A DNA stretch of 64,000 nt from Thainema sp. (lineage in GTDB: Bacteria; Cyanobacteriota; Cyanobacteriia; Phormidesmidales; Phormidesmidaceae). The translations under genes and the position numbers were made by a program. Where the stretch lies: positions 1 to 64,000 of the forward strand of contig JBQLZK010000010.1 in assembly GCA_052168235.1 (NCBI GenBank), read 5' to 3'. The notes under the pieces were generated by a model. That model saw nothing but the letters and a program-made list of their open reading frames with translations. It ran no database searches and was not told the DNA's origin. Numbering within the stretch: the first letter of the stretch is position 1; each line of letters begins with the position of its first letter. Shown in pieces: positions 1-12,044 of this stretch.

Positions 1-80
1 ACCTGAACAACCAGCTCAGCCTTAATTCTCTTGCCAGCGGATGACGTGCTCCCAACCTCTAAACCTTACAAGATGCATTT

Positions 81-845
81 TTAAAGTTGACATCCCCAAT
101 CCTTCACTTTATAAATTGCTTCAGCTCTATTGTTTTCCTGCTCAGCTTCAGATCCGTCTCTTAATTTTCCGCTGATGCTATACGCCACAAGAGCGGCGTA
201 TTCTCTTAAAACTAATTTAGAACGTCTAATAGATAAAAGCTTTTCTGGTTCTATCTGAATAGCATGAGGTGTAGCATCAAAACCAAAATTTTGAAAGACA
301 AGAAGCGCCCTTATCATATGCGGGCTATCAGTTACTAATAGAACATGTTTATGTGATTGTGAATTCAGCAAAATCTCAGAGAACAAGCCGTTTTCCCATG
401 TTGATTGAGAGCACCGTTCTCCTTCAATCTTTTCTTCAGGAACTCCCATTTCTTTGAGAGTTTCTATAATAGGAGGCGCATCGGTCATACCGCTGACAAA
501 AACTATAGCTGCTTGATTTTCTTTCCATAGCTGCGATGCAACAAGAGCTCTTTCTGCTTGGCTACTAGGTCCTCTTCCTAACACAATAATTGATTGCGTG
601 GCTTTATTATCGTTGTCTTTTAGAAGAAAACTACTTAAAAGCCACTGCATAGATAAATCTAGGAGCAGTGGAGACAGCATTGCTATTACTCCTAGAGTGA
701 TTAACCAGATAGTTAGCCGGCTAAAATGCTTTTGTCGTGAATTATTGAAACTTCGATGACAGGATAAACATACAAAACTCTTAGGAGATTTCGTGCAAGA
801 GCTTTGCCGAACAATTGATCGGGATTCACAAAAAGGGCATTGCAT
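81..845 (-). CDS. YdcF/DUF218 (ElyC/SanA-like) protein with N-terminal CxxC..CxxC zinc ribbon and one TM segment
   Basis: IIVLGRG, VFVSG, SQSTWENG and LLVTDSPHMIRA are typical DUF218 motifs; N-terminus MQCPFC...FVCLSCHRSF is followed by a hydrophobic segment. Confidence 0.8.
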   Translation of the reverse strand: MQCPFCESRSIVRQSSCTKSPKSFVCLSCHRSFNNSRQKHFSRLTIWLITLGVIAMLSPLLLDLSMQWLLSSFLLKDNDNKATQSIIVLGRGPSSQAERALVASQLWKENQAAIVFVSGMTDAPPIIETLKEMGVPEEKIEGERCSQSTWENGLFSEILLNSQSHKHVLLVTDSPHMIRALLVFQNFGFDATPHAIQIEPEKLLSIRRSKLVLREYAALVAYSISGKLRDGSEAEQENNRAEAIYKVKDWGCQL

Positions 846-966
846 TCTGTCGTCTTCTTAACAAAGGTATTATTAAGACAAAAAGTGCTGAAATGAAGTA
901 AATTATTAAAAATAATAAAAGCCGCTTTCATTCAGCGCGGTAAACACTTTCAAAATTCATCAATCT

Positions 967-3264
967 TTAACTTTTCTTATTAAAATACTTTGTAAATCTA
1001 CTTATTTTTTTAGTTAACGGATTTAATGTTGAGCTTTTCAAATCGCGTTTTTCATCTATTTTTAGTTTATGATATTCATCCTCTAAAGGTAAATAAATAT
1101 CTTCAATAGATTGTTGATAATACTGATAATAACCATAAGAATGAATTTTATCTTGCTTGGCTCCATTCGCCACCATTCCTATAAGAGGAACATTTGCTAT
1201 TCTTAACTCATCTAAAGCAGCCTCAATTTGCGAAAACTTTACTTGTCCTAGCTTGAATGCTAATAACATCCCTTGAGTTTTTGCCGTAATCATATAGGAA
1301 TCGGCAAAGCCTAGGAGGGGAGGAGTATCAAATATAACTAAATCAAACCATTCATAAATATGCTGGAATAAATTTTCTATTTTCCGAGCAGACAGAATTT
1401 TAAGTGAGTCTGGAGGTACTGGACCAGACGGCAACAAAAACAAGTTTTCATGTATCGGGAGATCAACAATAGTATCTTCTAGCGTATAATCGCCTGTTAC
1501 ATAATTAGAAATTCCTTTTGAATTGGGAATATTACATAGTCGATGAAGTGTGGGTCGTCTCAGATCCGCATCCACTAATAATACTCGCTGACCCATAGCT
1601 GCTGCCGCATGAGCTAGGTGAAAACTAATCGTACTCTTACCCGCATTTGGGATTGCCGAACTGATTGTGAATGCTTTGATTGGATTATCTGGATTGCTGA
1701 GCCGAATATTGGTAGACAATATTCTGAATGCTTCAAAGAAAGGTGAGGAAGTATGTTCTTGTTGTTGATAATCATGAGAATGAGCTGCTGACGGAAATAC
1801 ATCTAAGTCAAGTCCAATCGAAGCAAATTGATTCATCGATATCGAAAGAGACTGCTCGTTTTGAAGCAACTTGTTGTATGGAATCGTTGCAAGCAGAGGA
1901 AGATGAGCAGTCTCCTTGAGTTCCTCAACTGTATAAACCTTTCCACTTTTGCGATCAACTAAAATCGCAGCTCCTGAGCCTAGTAGTAAACCCAAGACGG
2001 TGCCAAGGACTAAATTTCGTTTTGCACTAGCAGAAGAGGCTTGTGGATCTGCAGGTGGAGTGAGCAACTCCCATGGGGTTTGACGCTGTGCAGCATCGAT
2101 CCGCAGCGCTTCCCGTTTAGTTAATAACTGATTCAGATTTGTGGTTGCAATTTCTAATTCTCTCTGGATACTGTTGTACTCTCGGGCTACGGTTGAGAGT
2201 TGCTTAGTACGCTGATTCAGTGTGCTGATTGTCTTGCTTAAAGCTTGATCCCGATCCAGCAACTCACGAATTTGGCTGGCAACTTGCTCTTGAACACGAA
2301 TACCTTCTCGTTCAAGCAGAGGTTGAAGATTTTCCCTGCGCTCTTCTAAGACTTCAATTTCGGGACTATCTTCTAAATAGAGAGTCAATTCCTGAGCCAA
2401 CTGGCTATCAATTTCTAGAAGTTGGTTGAGCAAAGCTTGATAGCGATCATTTTCAAGCAAAGCTGAGGATGCAGCGAGTTCCCCACCGCTTGCAAGTTCT
2501 TGCTGTAAACTTTGATAAAGTTCCTGAAACTGCTCAATTTGCACTCTTAAATCAAGTTGTTCAGCGACAAATTTAGCTGTCTGTTCTGATAACTGTTCTC
2601 CCTGTAATAAAGGATCAATTAAATTGGCCTGCTGACGCAAAACCTCTAGCTCTTCCTCAAGCTCCTCAACTCTTTGTCTAGCAATAGGCAGCTGTTCATC
2701 TACGAAATCAATCCCTCGATAAATGTCATTTTGCCGATCCTCTAAGCTATAGCGAAGATAAGTCTCTGAAACGATCTCTAATACATCCGTTACTTGTTCT
2801 GAATTAATACTCTTATATTGAACAGTTAGTGTATTACCTGTTGAGTCTGGAGTAATTTTTAGATTGCCAACTAAATTCTTATAGGTAATATTCGGATATT
2901 TTTTTTGGAGTTCCTCAACGATAGGCTCCATGACTCGAGGACTTGTTAGGATTTTTAGCTTTGTCTCATCTACAGCAACACCGACTAAATCTGTCTGGTT
3001 ACTAAGCGCGTCCGGATTTAGAGTAGAAATAATTTGTGTTTCTAAAGTTACCGGAGGAGTCAATAATTCAAAACCAGATTGATAGACTGGCGTATCAGTT
3101 ACAGCTTCAAATACAGCAGCTGAAGCTGTTAAAGTCGTGATTCCAGCGATTAGAAGTACGTGACGTTTTAAAGCTGCAACAAATCGGCCTAATCGGAGCC
3201 CTCCTTCCTGATCCTGCTCTTGAGGAAGTGCGCTCATTGGAGGTAGCTGGAATTCAGATGCCAT
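967..3264 (-). CDS. wzc: Polysaccharide co-polymerase / BY-kinase (Wzc/GumC family)
   Basis: Two TM segments flank a coiled-coil region; Walker A SAIPNAGKST, A' VDADLRRP, B VIFDTPP; C-terminal Tyr cluster SYGYYQYYQ. Confidence 0.92.
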   Translation of the reverse strand: MASEFQLPPMSALPQEQDQEGGLRLGRFVAALKRHVLLIAGITTLTASAAVFEAVTDTPVYQSGFELLTPPVTLETQIISTLNPDALSNQTDLVGVAVDETKLKILTSPRVMEPIVEELQKKYPNITYKNLVGNLKITPDSTGNTLTVQYKSINSEQVTDVLEIVSETYLRYSLEDRQNDIYRGIDFVDEQLPIARQRVEELEEELEVLRQQANLIDPLLQGEQLSEQTAKFVAEQLDLRVQIEQFQELYQSLQQELASGGELAASSALLENDRYQALLNQLLEIDSQLAQELTLYLEDSPEIEVLEERRENLQPLLEREGIRVQEQVASQIRELLDRDQALSKTISTLNQRTKQLSTVAREYNSIQRELEIATTNLNQLLTKREALRIDAAQRQTPWELLTPPADPQASSASAKRNLVLGTVLGLLLGSGAAILVDRKSGKVYTVEELKETAHLPLLATIPYNKLLQNEQSLSISMNQFASIGLDLDVFPSAAHSHDYQQQEHTSSPFFEAFRILSTNIRLSNPDNPIKAFTISSAIPNAGKSTISFHLAHAAAAMGQRVLLVDADLRRPTLHRLCNIPNSKGISNYVTGDYTLEDTIVDLPIHENLFLLPSGPVPPDSLKILSARKIENLFQHIYEWFDLVIFDTPPLLGFADSYMITAKTQGMLLAFKLGQVKFSQIEAALDELRIANVPLIGMVANGAKQDKIHSYGYYQYYQQSIEDIYLPLEDEYHKLKIDEKRDLKSSTLNPLTKKISRFTKYFNKKS

Positions 3265-3344
3265 CTTAGAGATTCTTCCTTAATTTCCATGAGACTGCTA
3301 CAAACCCAAAAAATCTTAAAACCCTTTATCTATCTTGGTTTGGG

Positions 3345-4826
3345 TTAATCAAAAATGCCAAATAGTCTAGCTGGAATGGAGAAGATAGACAACACCCTAC
3401 TTAGAGGAGCAACAACTGTATCTAATGTATCTGCGATACTAGCTGATGTAGATCGCTTCACAATGATAATGTCGTTGTTGCGTAACAACGGATTCATTTC
3501 TTCATCAATTCCTTCTGAGAAGTCTATCGGAACAGAACTGCGAGAGGCGGTACCGTCTGGATTCAACCGGACTAACTCAACAACGCCTCTACTAGCTCGG
3601 TTATTAAATCCTCCTGCCGCCAGTATACCCTGACTAAGCGGCGTGTTAGGGGACACTTCAACTACGCCAGGGCTCTCGACTTCTCCAACAACATTAATTC
3701 TGATCGTATCTGGCGAGAAGCTAGCTGCAGCAATTTCAGTAATTTCTTCAGGTAAAAAGGTTTCGGCTTTAGGAACAGAAACTGTGTCTCCTTCTTGTAA
3801 AGCAATGTCTTCTGTAATATTTCCGTCTTTTAATAATTGCCAGAGATTGACATTGATAATCTGTTCTTCGCCGTTACGGGTTCTGCGGTGTACCTGAATT
3901 TCACGAATATTGGCTTCAGGTTTAATTCCACCAGCAACTTGGATTGCTCGAGTTACGGTCGGTGGAGTGACAGAACCACCACTTCCACCTGGAACACCTG
4001 CCTCTCCAGTGCGTGCTGTACCCGTGACGGTGTAAGGTCCAGGCCGAAAGACTGCTCCAACAACCGCAATATTCAGCGGACGGCTTTCATCTGCTGCAAA
4101 GCTAGCGGCCGCTAATTGGAAAGACTCTTGAGGATCGAAGTTTTCTCGTGTAGGGATAAGTATCGTGTCTCCATCCCTCAAAGACATGTTGTATTGAAGA
4201 TTACCAGTTTCCAAAAACTGCCACAAATTAGACGTGATTGTTTGTTGAGTTCCCAGTCCTGTCTGCCTCTGGATAATAACCTGACGCAAATCAGCTGATT
4301 GTGTGACTCCTCCAGCAGCTTCTAAAGCGCTTACTAAGGAAGGAAACTGCGTTCCTTCCCGTTGTAAGGTGTAAGCTCCTGGATGAGCAACTTCACCTGC
4401 TATACCAATTCTTAAGGGACGAGGACTAACTAAAAGCAGATTAATAATAGGTCTACGAAGTCTTGTGGAGTACGCTTGAGAAATAGCTTCTTCTGCTTGC
4501 ACCAATGTTAATCCCGCTACAGAAACTTGGCCAACCATTGGGAGGCTTAACGTGCCATTGACCAAAACTTCATAGTCTCCACTATACTCAGGAATACGAA
4601 AAACATCTACTTGTACCTGATCACCAGCACCCAGAACATAGTCATCGGTAAATAGCTGACTAGGCAGAGGCTGATTGCTTTGTACAGACTCACTTGTTAT
4701 GGGCAATTGAAGAGGAGTTTGAGCTGTTGCCGCAGAAGATACATTAGATACTAGGAGCATCACAAATAGGCAGCCAAGAGTTTGAGGTAGCATCTGCAAG
4801 CGAAGGGAGGCACTTGGTGAAGTCAT
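3345..4826 (-). CDS. wza: Polysaccharide export protein (Wza/OPX, SLBB repeats)
   Basis: Poly_export motif DYVLGAGDQVQVDV...GTLSLPMVGQV; three SLBB-like repeats (GEV..PG.Y, AAGG); signal-like N-terminus; adjacent to wzc. Confidence 0.92.
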   Translation of the reverse strand: MTSPSASLRLQMLPQTLGCLFVMLLVSNVSSAATAQTPLQLPITSESVQSNQPLPSQLFTDDYVLGAGDQVQVDVFRIPEYSGDYEVLVNGTLSLPMVGQVSVAGLTLVQAEEAISQAYSTRLRRPIINLLLVSPRPLRIGIAGEVAHPGAYTLQREGTQFPSLVSALEAAGGVTQSADLRQVIIQRQTGLGTQQTITSNLWQFLETGNLQYNMSLRDGDTILIPTRENFDPQESFQLAAASFAADESRPLNIAVVGAVFRPGPYTVTGTARTGEAGVPGGSGGSVTPPTVTRAIQVAGGIKPEANIREIQVHRRTRNGEEQIINVNLWQLLKDGNITEDIALQEGDTVSVPKAETFLPEEITEIAAASFSPDTIRINVVGEVESPGVVEVSPNTPLSQGILAAGGFNNRASRGVVELVRLNPDGTASRSSVPIDFSEGIDEEMNPLLRNNDIIIVKRSTSASIADTLDTVVAPLSRVLSIFSIPARLFGIFD

Positions 4827-5281
4827 GACTATAACGTAGTGATCTCGGTAGATCTGTCGTAAATTTAATGAATCCAGAAATAAAGAAGCTACTTCAGCAT
4901 GAGTAACACTAACGCTAGACCTGCTGTAAAGCCTTGAAAGCGATCATCTTTGCTTATGTTAGCCAAAAAACTATGCCGTAAAAAACTAATCAACGTAAAA
5001 GCTATATCAATGCCATGTAATGTCGTTACTGTATGAAGTTTTTGTGAATGCTTCCCGAATCAATAAAATAGTCAGATTATTCACGGTTTCAGCTTAAGGA
5101 TAAGCCCTATAATTGACCCAGCCGAAATGAAGATCAATTAATAACAACAGAGAACAGCGAAGAGGCGTCCTGTCAGCTATCTTATAGATTTGTCATAGCC
5201 AGAATAAACTGACAGCTCGAGAATTCGATAGTTCAGGAATACTACTAATATTTTATTCTAAAGATTTATTCCAGTAGAGTT

Positions 5282-7045
5282 ATGAACAATCTTTTGAATT
5301 TCTCTAAATATGGATACCACATAGAGAAGGAACTAGGTGCTAATAGAGCTGGTGGGCGAGTAACTTATTTAGCAACGGATATTAGCACTAATCAAAAGGT
5401 TGTTATCAAACAGTTTCAGTTTGCGCAGTTTGGTTCTGATTGGTCTGACTATGATGCTCATAAGCGCGAAGTGGAGGTACTACATAATTTAAATCATCCT
5501 GGTATTCCACGCTACCTAAATTCTTTTCAAACTGCTGATGGATTTTGTATTGTTCAGGAATACAAGGCTGCTGAATCGTTAGTAGCGAGTCGTAGTTTTC
5601 ATCCTGAGGAGCTGAAAACGATTGCTATCAAGATACTTGAAATCTTAGCCTACTTGCAGAATCGCATACCACCCATTGTTCATAGAGATCTCAAGCCTGA
5701 CAATGTTTTAGTGGATGAAAATCTTAATGTTTTTCTAGTTGATTTTGGCTTTGCTCGCATTGGTGATGGAGAAGTTGGCGTTAGCAGCGTAGTTAAAGGA
5801 ACATTAGGGTTTATGCCTCCAGAACAGTTGTTTAATCGACAACTAACAGAAGCATCTGATCTGTATGGATTAGGAATGACTCTAATCTGTTTGCTGACAC
5901 ATACGAAAACAGATGATATTGGGACGTTAGTGGACATTAGCTACAGGGTAAAGTTTAAGCACTTAGTGCCTAAGCTAAGTTTCCCTTGGGTGAAATGGTT
6001 GGAAAAAATGGTGGAACCCCGAGTTGCAGATCGCTTTTTGAATGCTCGAGAGGCACTCAAAGCACTACCAAATTCACCTTTACATCCACCCGAAGTACGG
6101 CTGAGCCATTCTGAACTTCATTTACACGCAACGCGAATCAATCAGATCCTGACTCATTCTATAGAAATTAGAAACTTTGTGCCGGAAGTAATTTTAACTG
6201 GAGCATGGAAAGTCCAAAAGCACCCTAATGATCCACTAAATACTGATGGAAGTCATGTTTGGATTCATATTGATCCACAGAAGTTTGAAGAGAATCGGGC
6301 ACAATGCTGCATTGAAGTTGACACGAGCAAGCTTATGGCTGGCGAGATATATAGTCGAACATTGATACTGGATACCAATGCTTTTCCACAAACCTATTCA
6401 GTTCGCCTTCAAGTCCATACTGCCCGTATTCCTATTCGGTCAATGCAAAATTTTCTTCTACCGTTATGTAAGTTGTTTGTTTCTGTCTTGGTTGGAGGAC
6501 ATTTGCTGTTATGGATTGCTCTGTCTGAGACTCTGACGTATAGCCAACTTGGAGTTATTAATGCAGGGCTGTCTTTAGGAGCAATTGTTGGTCTTCAAGG
6601 AGCGGCTTGGACTCTCAAAAGCGCAGGAGCCATAAATGGCTCGAATTTGACAACTGTTACAACCGCTTGTTTAGGATTTTCCAGCTTGATCGGTATATGG
6701 CTGTTTATGGATAAATTATTTGGCTCTTGGGATATTATTTTCTATGGACTAACAGTTGGGATATTTGGTGGTTGGTTACTAGGTTTAGTTACAGGATTAA
6801 CTGTAGAACGCCTGTTGAAAGAACAAATACTCAAAACAACTGCGATCGCACTTGTTTTATTAACAAGTTTTTTGTCTATTAGCTTAGCAATAGGGCTAGT
6901 TACTGGATTTAGTCATCCGTTAGTTCTTCTCACAACAGCTATTTTGCTGATTGCATTGGGCTCTCTTCTCGTCAATGCATCTCTTGATCATACAAAGCGG
7001 ATTGCTTATTACCGAAGACTAGAGCGAAACCGAATTCGCCCTTAG
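5282..7045 (+). CDS. Hanks-type Ser/Thr protein kinase with C-terminal multi-TM region
   Basis: VVIKQF, HRDLKPDN, DFGFA and GTLGFMPPEQ kinase motifs; several hydrophobic helices in the last ~190 aa. Confidence 0.9.
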   Translation: MNNLLNFSKYGYHIEKELGANRAGGRVTYLATDISTNQKVVIKQFQFAQFGSDWSDYDAHKREVEVLHNLNHPGIPRYLNSFQTADGFCIVQEYKAAESLVASRSFHPEELKTIAIKILEILAYLQNRIPPIVHRDLKPDNVLVDENLNVFLVDFGFARIGDGEVGVSSVVKGTLGFMPPEQLFNRQLTEASDLYGLGMTLICLLTHTKTDDIGTLVDISYRVKFKHLVPKLSFPWVKWLEKMVEPRVADRFLNAREALKALPNSPLHPPEVRLSHSELHLHATRINQILTHSIEIRNFVPEVILTGAWKVQKHPNDPLNTDGSHVWIHIDPQKFEENRAQCCIEVDTSKLMAGEIYSRTLILDTNAFPQTYSVRLQVHTARIPIRSMQNFLLPLCKLFVSVLVGGHLLLWIALSETLTYSQLGVINAGLSLGAIVGLQGAAWTLKSAGAINGSNLTTVTTACLGFSSLIGIWLFMDKLFGSWDIIFYGLTVGIFGGWLLGLVTGLTVERLLKEQILKTTAIALVLLTSFLSISLAIGLVTGFSHPLVLLTTAILLIALGSLLVNASLDHTKRIAYYRRLERNRIRP

Positions 7046-7113
7046 CCAACAACTAGTCAAGGATTCAGCCACTATATGAAGCGCTAACATTGCTAGGATA
7101 ACCTTTATAAGAA

Positions 7114-7143
7114 GCAGGAAGCAGACAATGCTCTGCTTCCTGC
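7114..7143. terminator. Hairpin between convergent kinase and fcl, probably a terminator
   Basis: Perfect 12-bp stem GCAGGAAGCAGA / TCTGCTTCCTGC with a 6-nt loop. Confidence 0.6.
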
Positions 7144-7214
7144 AAAAGACGGAATAGAGTTGGTATTCTCCTACCTTTAATTCTAGTTTGAGTTGTTGGC
7201 AAGGCTACAGTCTG

Positions 7215-8168
<954 letters not shown>

Positions 8169-8620
8169 AACACCTAGTCTCTTCGTTTGGTTCAGCCGTT
8201 GGTAGTAGTATTCAGGTAAGGATTTGTGGATGTGTGAGCGGTGCCCACACATCCACAAATCCTTACCCTTTGAGGACTACCCAGGCGTTTACATTAAATC
8301 AGGAGCCTCCTCAAAAGAGCACACCCTCCATACAAAATACCCATCAAGAGATTGCAACACTACATGGCCGCCAACTTGATGCATATCACCTTACATTTTG
8401 TACTTTAAAATTAGAAAATCAAGATAATTAGTTTATAAAGCTTCCCACGCTGATAGGTACGAGAGCGTTTCTCTGCCAGAGGTAGAAAAACGCTCTCATA
8501 CACCTCATTAGGTCGGAATATGCCGTATCAACATACTGCCGATTAAATACTCTTTTTCGCTCTCATACACGATAAAGTTGAGCCAGTTTGAATTTCGAGA
8601 ACATTTGATAGCTCAAACTT

Positions 8621-9703
8621 CTATCCAATACTAATACCACCCTCGCTCGGCACTCGTAAGGTCGCTTTATCCAGCACCGTTTGGGCTACATGACCATTCA
8701 ACGGTACAAGCCCTAAAGCCTTTAGATCAGCATCTACCATCAAATACACCAGTTCTTCAAACGTTACAGAAGGCTGCCAACCTAGCTGTTCCTTAGCTTT
8801 AGTCGGATCTCCGATTAACAAATCAACCTCAGCAGGACGCAAATACCGTTCGTCAAAAGCTACATAGTCTTCCCACTTGAGATTGACATAATCAAAAGCA
8901 ATATCTAAAAACTCCCGTACAGAGTGTGTCTCACCTGTAGCAACGACATAATCATCCGGTTTGTCTTGCTGTAGCATCAGCCACATTGCTTGCACATAGT
9001 CTTTAGCGTAGCCCCAATCACGTTTAGCATCCAGATTGCCCATGTACAACGTTTTTTGCCGTCCGGCCACAATTCGAGCAACAGCCCGCGTGATTTTACG
9101 AGTTACAAACGTTTCGCCTCGCCGAGGAGACTCATGATTAAACAAAATACCGTTACAGGCAAACATTCCATAGGACTCACGATAATTCAACGTTTGCCAG
9201 TGGGCATATACCTTAGCACAGGCATAAGGACTGCGAGGGTAAAAAGGCGTCGTCTCTTTTTGAGGCACCTCCTGAACTTTACCAAACATTTCAGAAGAGC
9301 CTGCTTGATAGTATCGAACTTCAATACCGGTTCGATGTTGATAATCCCGAATCGCTTCTAACAAACGCAGAGTTCCCATACCCACGGTGTCAACTGTATA
9401 TTCAGGAGCATCAAAACTGACTCGAACATGAGACTGTGCTCCAAGATTGTAGATTTCAACTGGCTGTATTTCTTCTAAAATTCGGCGTAGAGTTGTACCA
9501 TCAGTCAAATCTCCATAGTGCAAAAACAGTTGAGCATCTGGACTATGTGGATCCTCATACAAATGATCAATTCGATCAGTATTAAAAGTAGAAGTTCGGC
9601 GGATCAAACCATGAACTTCATATCCTTTCTCTAATAAAAGCTCACTTAAATAGGATCCATCTTGACCAGTGATACCTGTAATTAAAGCTTTCTTAGTTGA
9701 CAT
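8621..9703 (-). CDS. gmd: GDP-mannose 4,6-dehydratase
   Basis: [46 protein letters not shown]. Confidence 0.97.
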   Translation of the reverse strand: MSTKKALITGITGQDGSYLSELLLEKGYEVHGLIRRTSTFNTDRIDHLYEDPHSPDAQLFLHYGDLTDGTTLRRILEEIQPVEIYNLGAQSHVRVSFDAPEYTVDTVGMGTLRLLEAIRDYQHRTGIEVRYYQAGSSEMFGKVQEVPQKETTPFYPRSPYACAKVYAHWQTLNYRESYGMFACNGILFNHESPRRGETFVTRKITRAVARIVAGRQKTLYMGNLDAKRDWGYAKDYVQAMWLMLQQDKPDDYVVATGETHSVREFLDIAFDYVNLKWEDYVAFDERYLRPAEVDLLIGDPTKAKEQLGWQPSVTFEELVYLMVDADLKALGLVPLNGHVAQTVLDKATLRVPSEGGISIG

Positions 9704-10101
9704 AGCGAACCTTTGGTAAATTCAACTCATTAACAATGAGAAATCTCAGGTTAATTAGCTCAAGTAGGTCAGGCAAAAAACTCGAAAAATGTCTTGCAGA
9801 AATTTTCAGCCCTTGTCCAGCCCCTAAATTCTTGATTTAATTTGTTACACTTGATCAATCAATAAAGAGGTAAGAGATATGACTATTTATGATTTCTATT
9901 TAGCAAAACACTTCAATTATTCCATAATAAAATTAAAATTGTATTGTTAAAACTAATACTTATTTAAAACTTTATAAGGCTATAAATCAATGGCGCAAAC
10001 CGCTCATCCGAGTCCACCATCTTTTATTTATTACGCTCTGATCACAATAGATAGAACAGTATTTAAATATTATAAGTAGTCAGCAATCATTTGCTCAGTG
10101 A

Positions 10102-10896
10102 CTACAGTCTAAATAAACGTTGCTGCAGCTTACTCTGGCTAGTAATTTGCTGAAATGCCAACCAGATAAAGGGCGGAATAGTCGTGAAGTAACGCTTAAA
10201 TAGGCGCCGAGGTTCCTGAACCAACCGATACAACCACTCTAATCCATTGTTACGAATCCATTTTGGTGCATGCTTTTGCACTCCAGCATACACAGGAAAG
10301 ACACCACCAACGCCAATCATAACGGATTGAACTCTAGACCGGTGGGCAGCCATCCAGTGTTCCTGTTTTGGGCATCCTAAAGACACAAAAGTAAATCCAG
10401 CACCACTCTTGTTGATCCGCTCAATAAGTTCAACATCTTCAGCCGCTGTTAATGGGCGAAACGGTGGTGATTCTACTCCTGCTAATTGAAGCGTTGGAAA
10501 ATCTCTTTTAAGTCTTTCTTGCATCCTGTCCAAAACAACTTGCGTAGAACCCAAAAGATAAATTGGAATACTGTGAACCACCGCTTGCTGACAAGTTGCC
10601 AAAAAGATATCCATACCAGCAACCCGATCTTGGGTTTTAAATCCAAGCGCTCTCATAACCCAAACCAACGGCATACCATCTGGTGTGACTATGTCTGCTT
10701 CCATTAAAATTTTTTGCAGGGCGTTGTCCCAACGAGATTCCATCAACATGTGAACATTAGCCACACAGATTACTCGGCTTGCGCGACATTTTGCCCAATT
10801 CGTCATCACAGCTATCTGATCCTTGAATGGAAGCGCTGTAACAGGCGAACCTGTAACTTCAGCCTTTGGTAATTGTTCAACTTCAGACAAATACAT
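10102..10896 (-). CDS. WecB/TagA/CpsF family glycosyltransferase (GT26)
   Basis: ANVHM, TPDGMPLVW, RVAGMD, VSLGCPKQE, GLEWLYRLVQEPRRL. Confidence 0.93.
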   Translation of the reverse strand: MYLSEVEQLPKAEVTGSPVTALPFKDQIAVMTNWAKCRASRVICVANVHMLMESRWDNALQKILMEADIVTPDGMPLVWVMRALGFKTQDRVAGMDIFLATCQQAVVHSIPIYLLGSTQVVLDRMQERLKRDFPTLQLAGVESPPFRPLTAAEDVELIERINKSGAGFTFVSLGCPKQEHWMAAHRSRVQSVMIGVGGVFPVYAGVQKHAPKWIRNNGLEWLYRLVQEPRRLFKRYFTTIPPFIWLAFQQITSQSKLQQRLFRL

Positions 10897-12044
10897 GGTG
10901 TGTGATCCTATCTACTAACGACTTCACTAACCCTACTATTGATCGCTATTAGCTACTGCCAGCCTAAAATGCAGAGTTTAAGATCGCGTTTTGTAAAACA
11001 AAATGCACTTAGCTTACGGCTTAAGTCTCATGCAGCATTGGCTCTATGCAAGTTTCATACGCCACTTCCACTTCTAAACAACACTCCAAATTGTTTTTGG
11101 TAACAAAGCAGATGCATTACATTGCGTAAGATGACAAAGGGTTCAGCCTTTTTTATTTGACGACTGAGTCAGCGAAAAATCAAGGGATTCAGCGCTTGTG
11201 CAAAATTGACCGACCTATTGCCAAAAGCCATCAAATCAATCCTGTTTTGCTCCAATTCGACTGTCCTACAGGAGTTGAAAATTCCATTTAAAGTCTGGAA
11301 TACCTAAAGGAATACTTTCCCTGGAGCAAAACCCTCCCTGTAGATATGCCTGATGGCATAGGAATAGGGCAATCGCCAAGCAAATCCTTTATTGAAATTT
11401 AATAGAGTAGTTGCGGATTTTACGTAACTTATATAACAAAACACGTATACGTATCCATTTTGGCTTGTATCCATAGTAGAGCCCGCTGCACAAGCTATGT
11501 CTTGTTTGCAGAAGGTTACAATCCAAACCGCATCCAGTTAATACAGTTCGGCAGCCCAGCCTTACAACAGTCGCCAAACCTAGCTCTGCGCTTAAGTTTG
11601 GCAGAAAGTTGAAAATACTTAACAAAGTTTTCTTTTGGATTTTTAGAGCTTTGCATTTCTTTCATATACGCATAAGGGGAATATATCATGTTTTCATTTT
11701 TTTGAAGCTTAAATGAAGTTTACTGCCTAGAAGGGCTTTTTGCTGCATATTCTCTGTTAGATCCAAATAGGATATGGTCAGTAGAAACAACTATGCCTTC
11801 TGGAAGATATTCATACGCAATGTAATGCATCTGCTCGCGACTTCAATCATATTTGCTCCATCAACATACTCTGCTAAGGGCTGAAGAGCCGTTGTAATAG
11901 CAGCCAATATTGATGGATTTACACTAAGAACCTACTTATCCAGTTAGGCATTACATCTTCAGAATCGATTCAGCTAAAGCCCGTATAGTTTATGCACACT
12001 ATACATTTCATACATACTCACCTAATTTATATGAGTCGTTAAAG

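Noticed and set aside
5017..5029. GTA-N7-TAC as a possible NtcA box between wza and the kinase
   Set aside because: Spacing is 7 nt, not the canonical 8
11389..11625. 78-aa minus-strand ORF in the divergent region
   Set aside because: TTG start, no motif and no evident RBS
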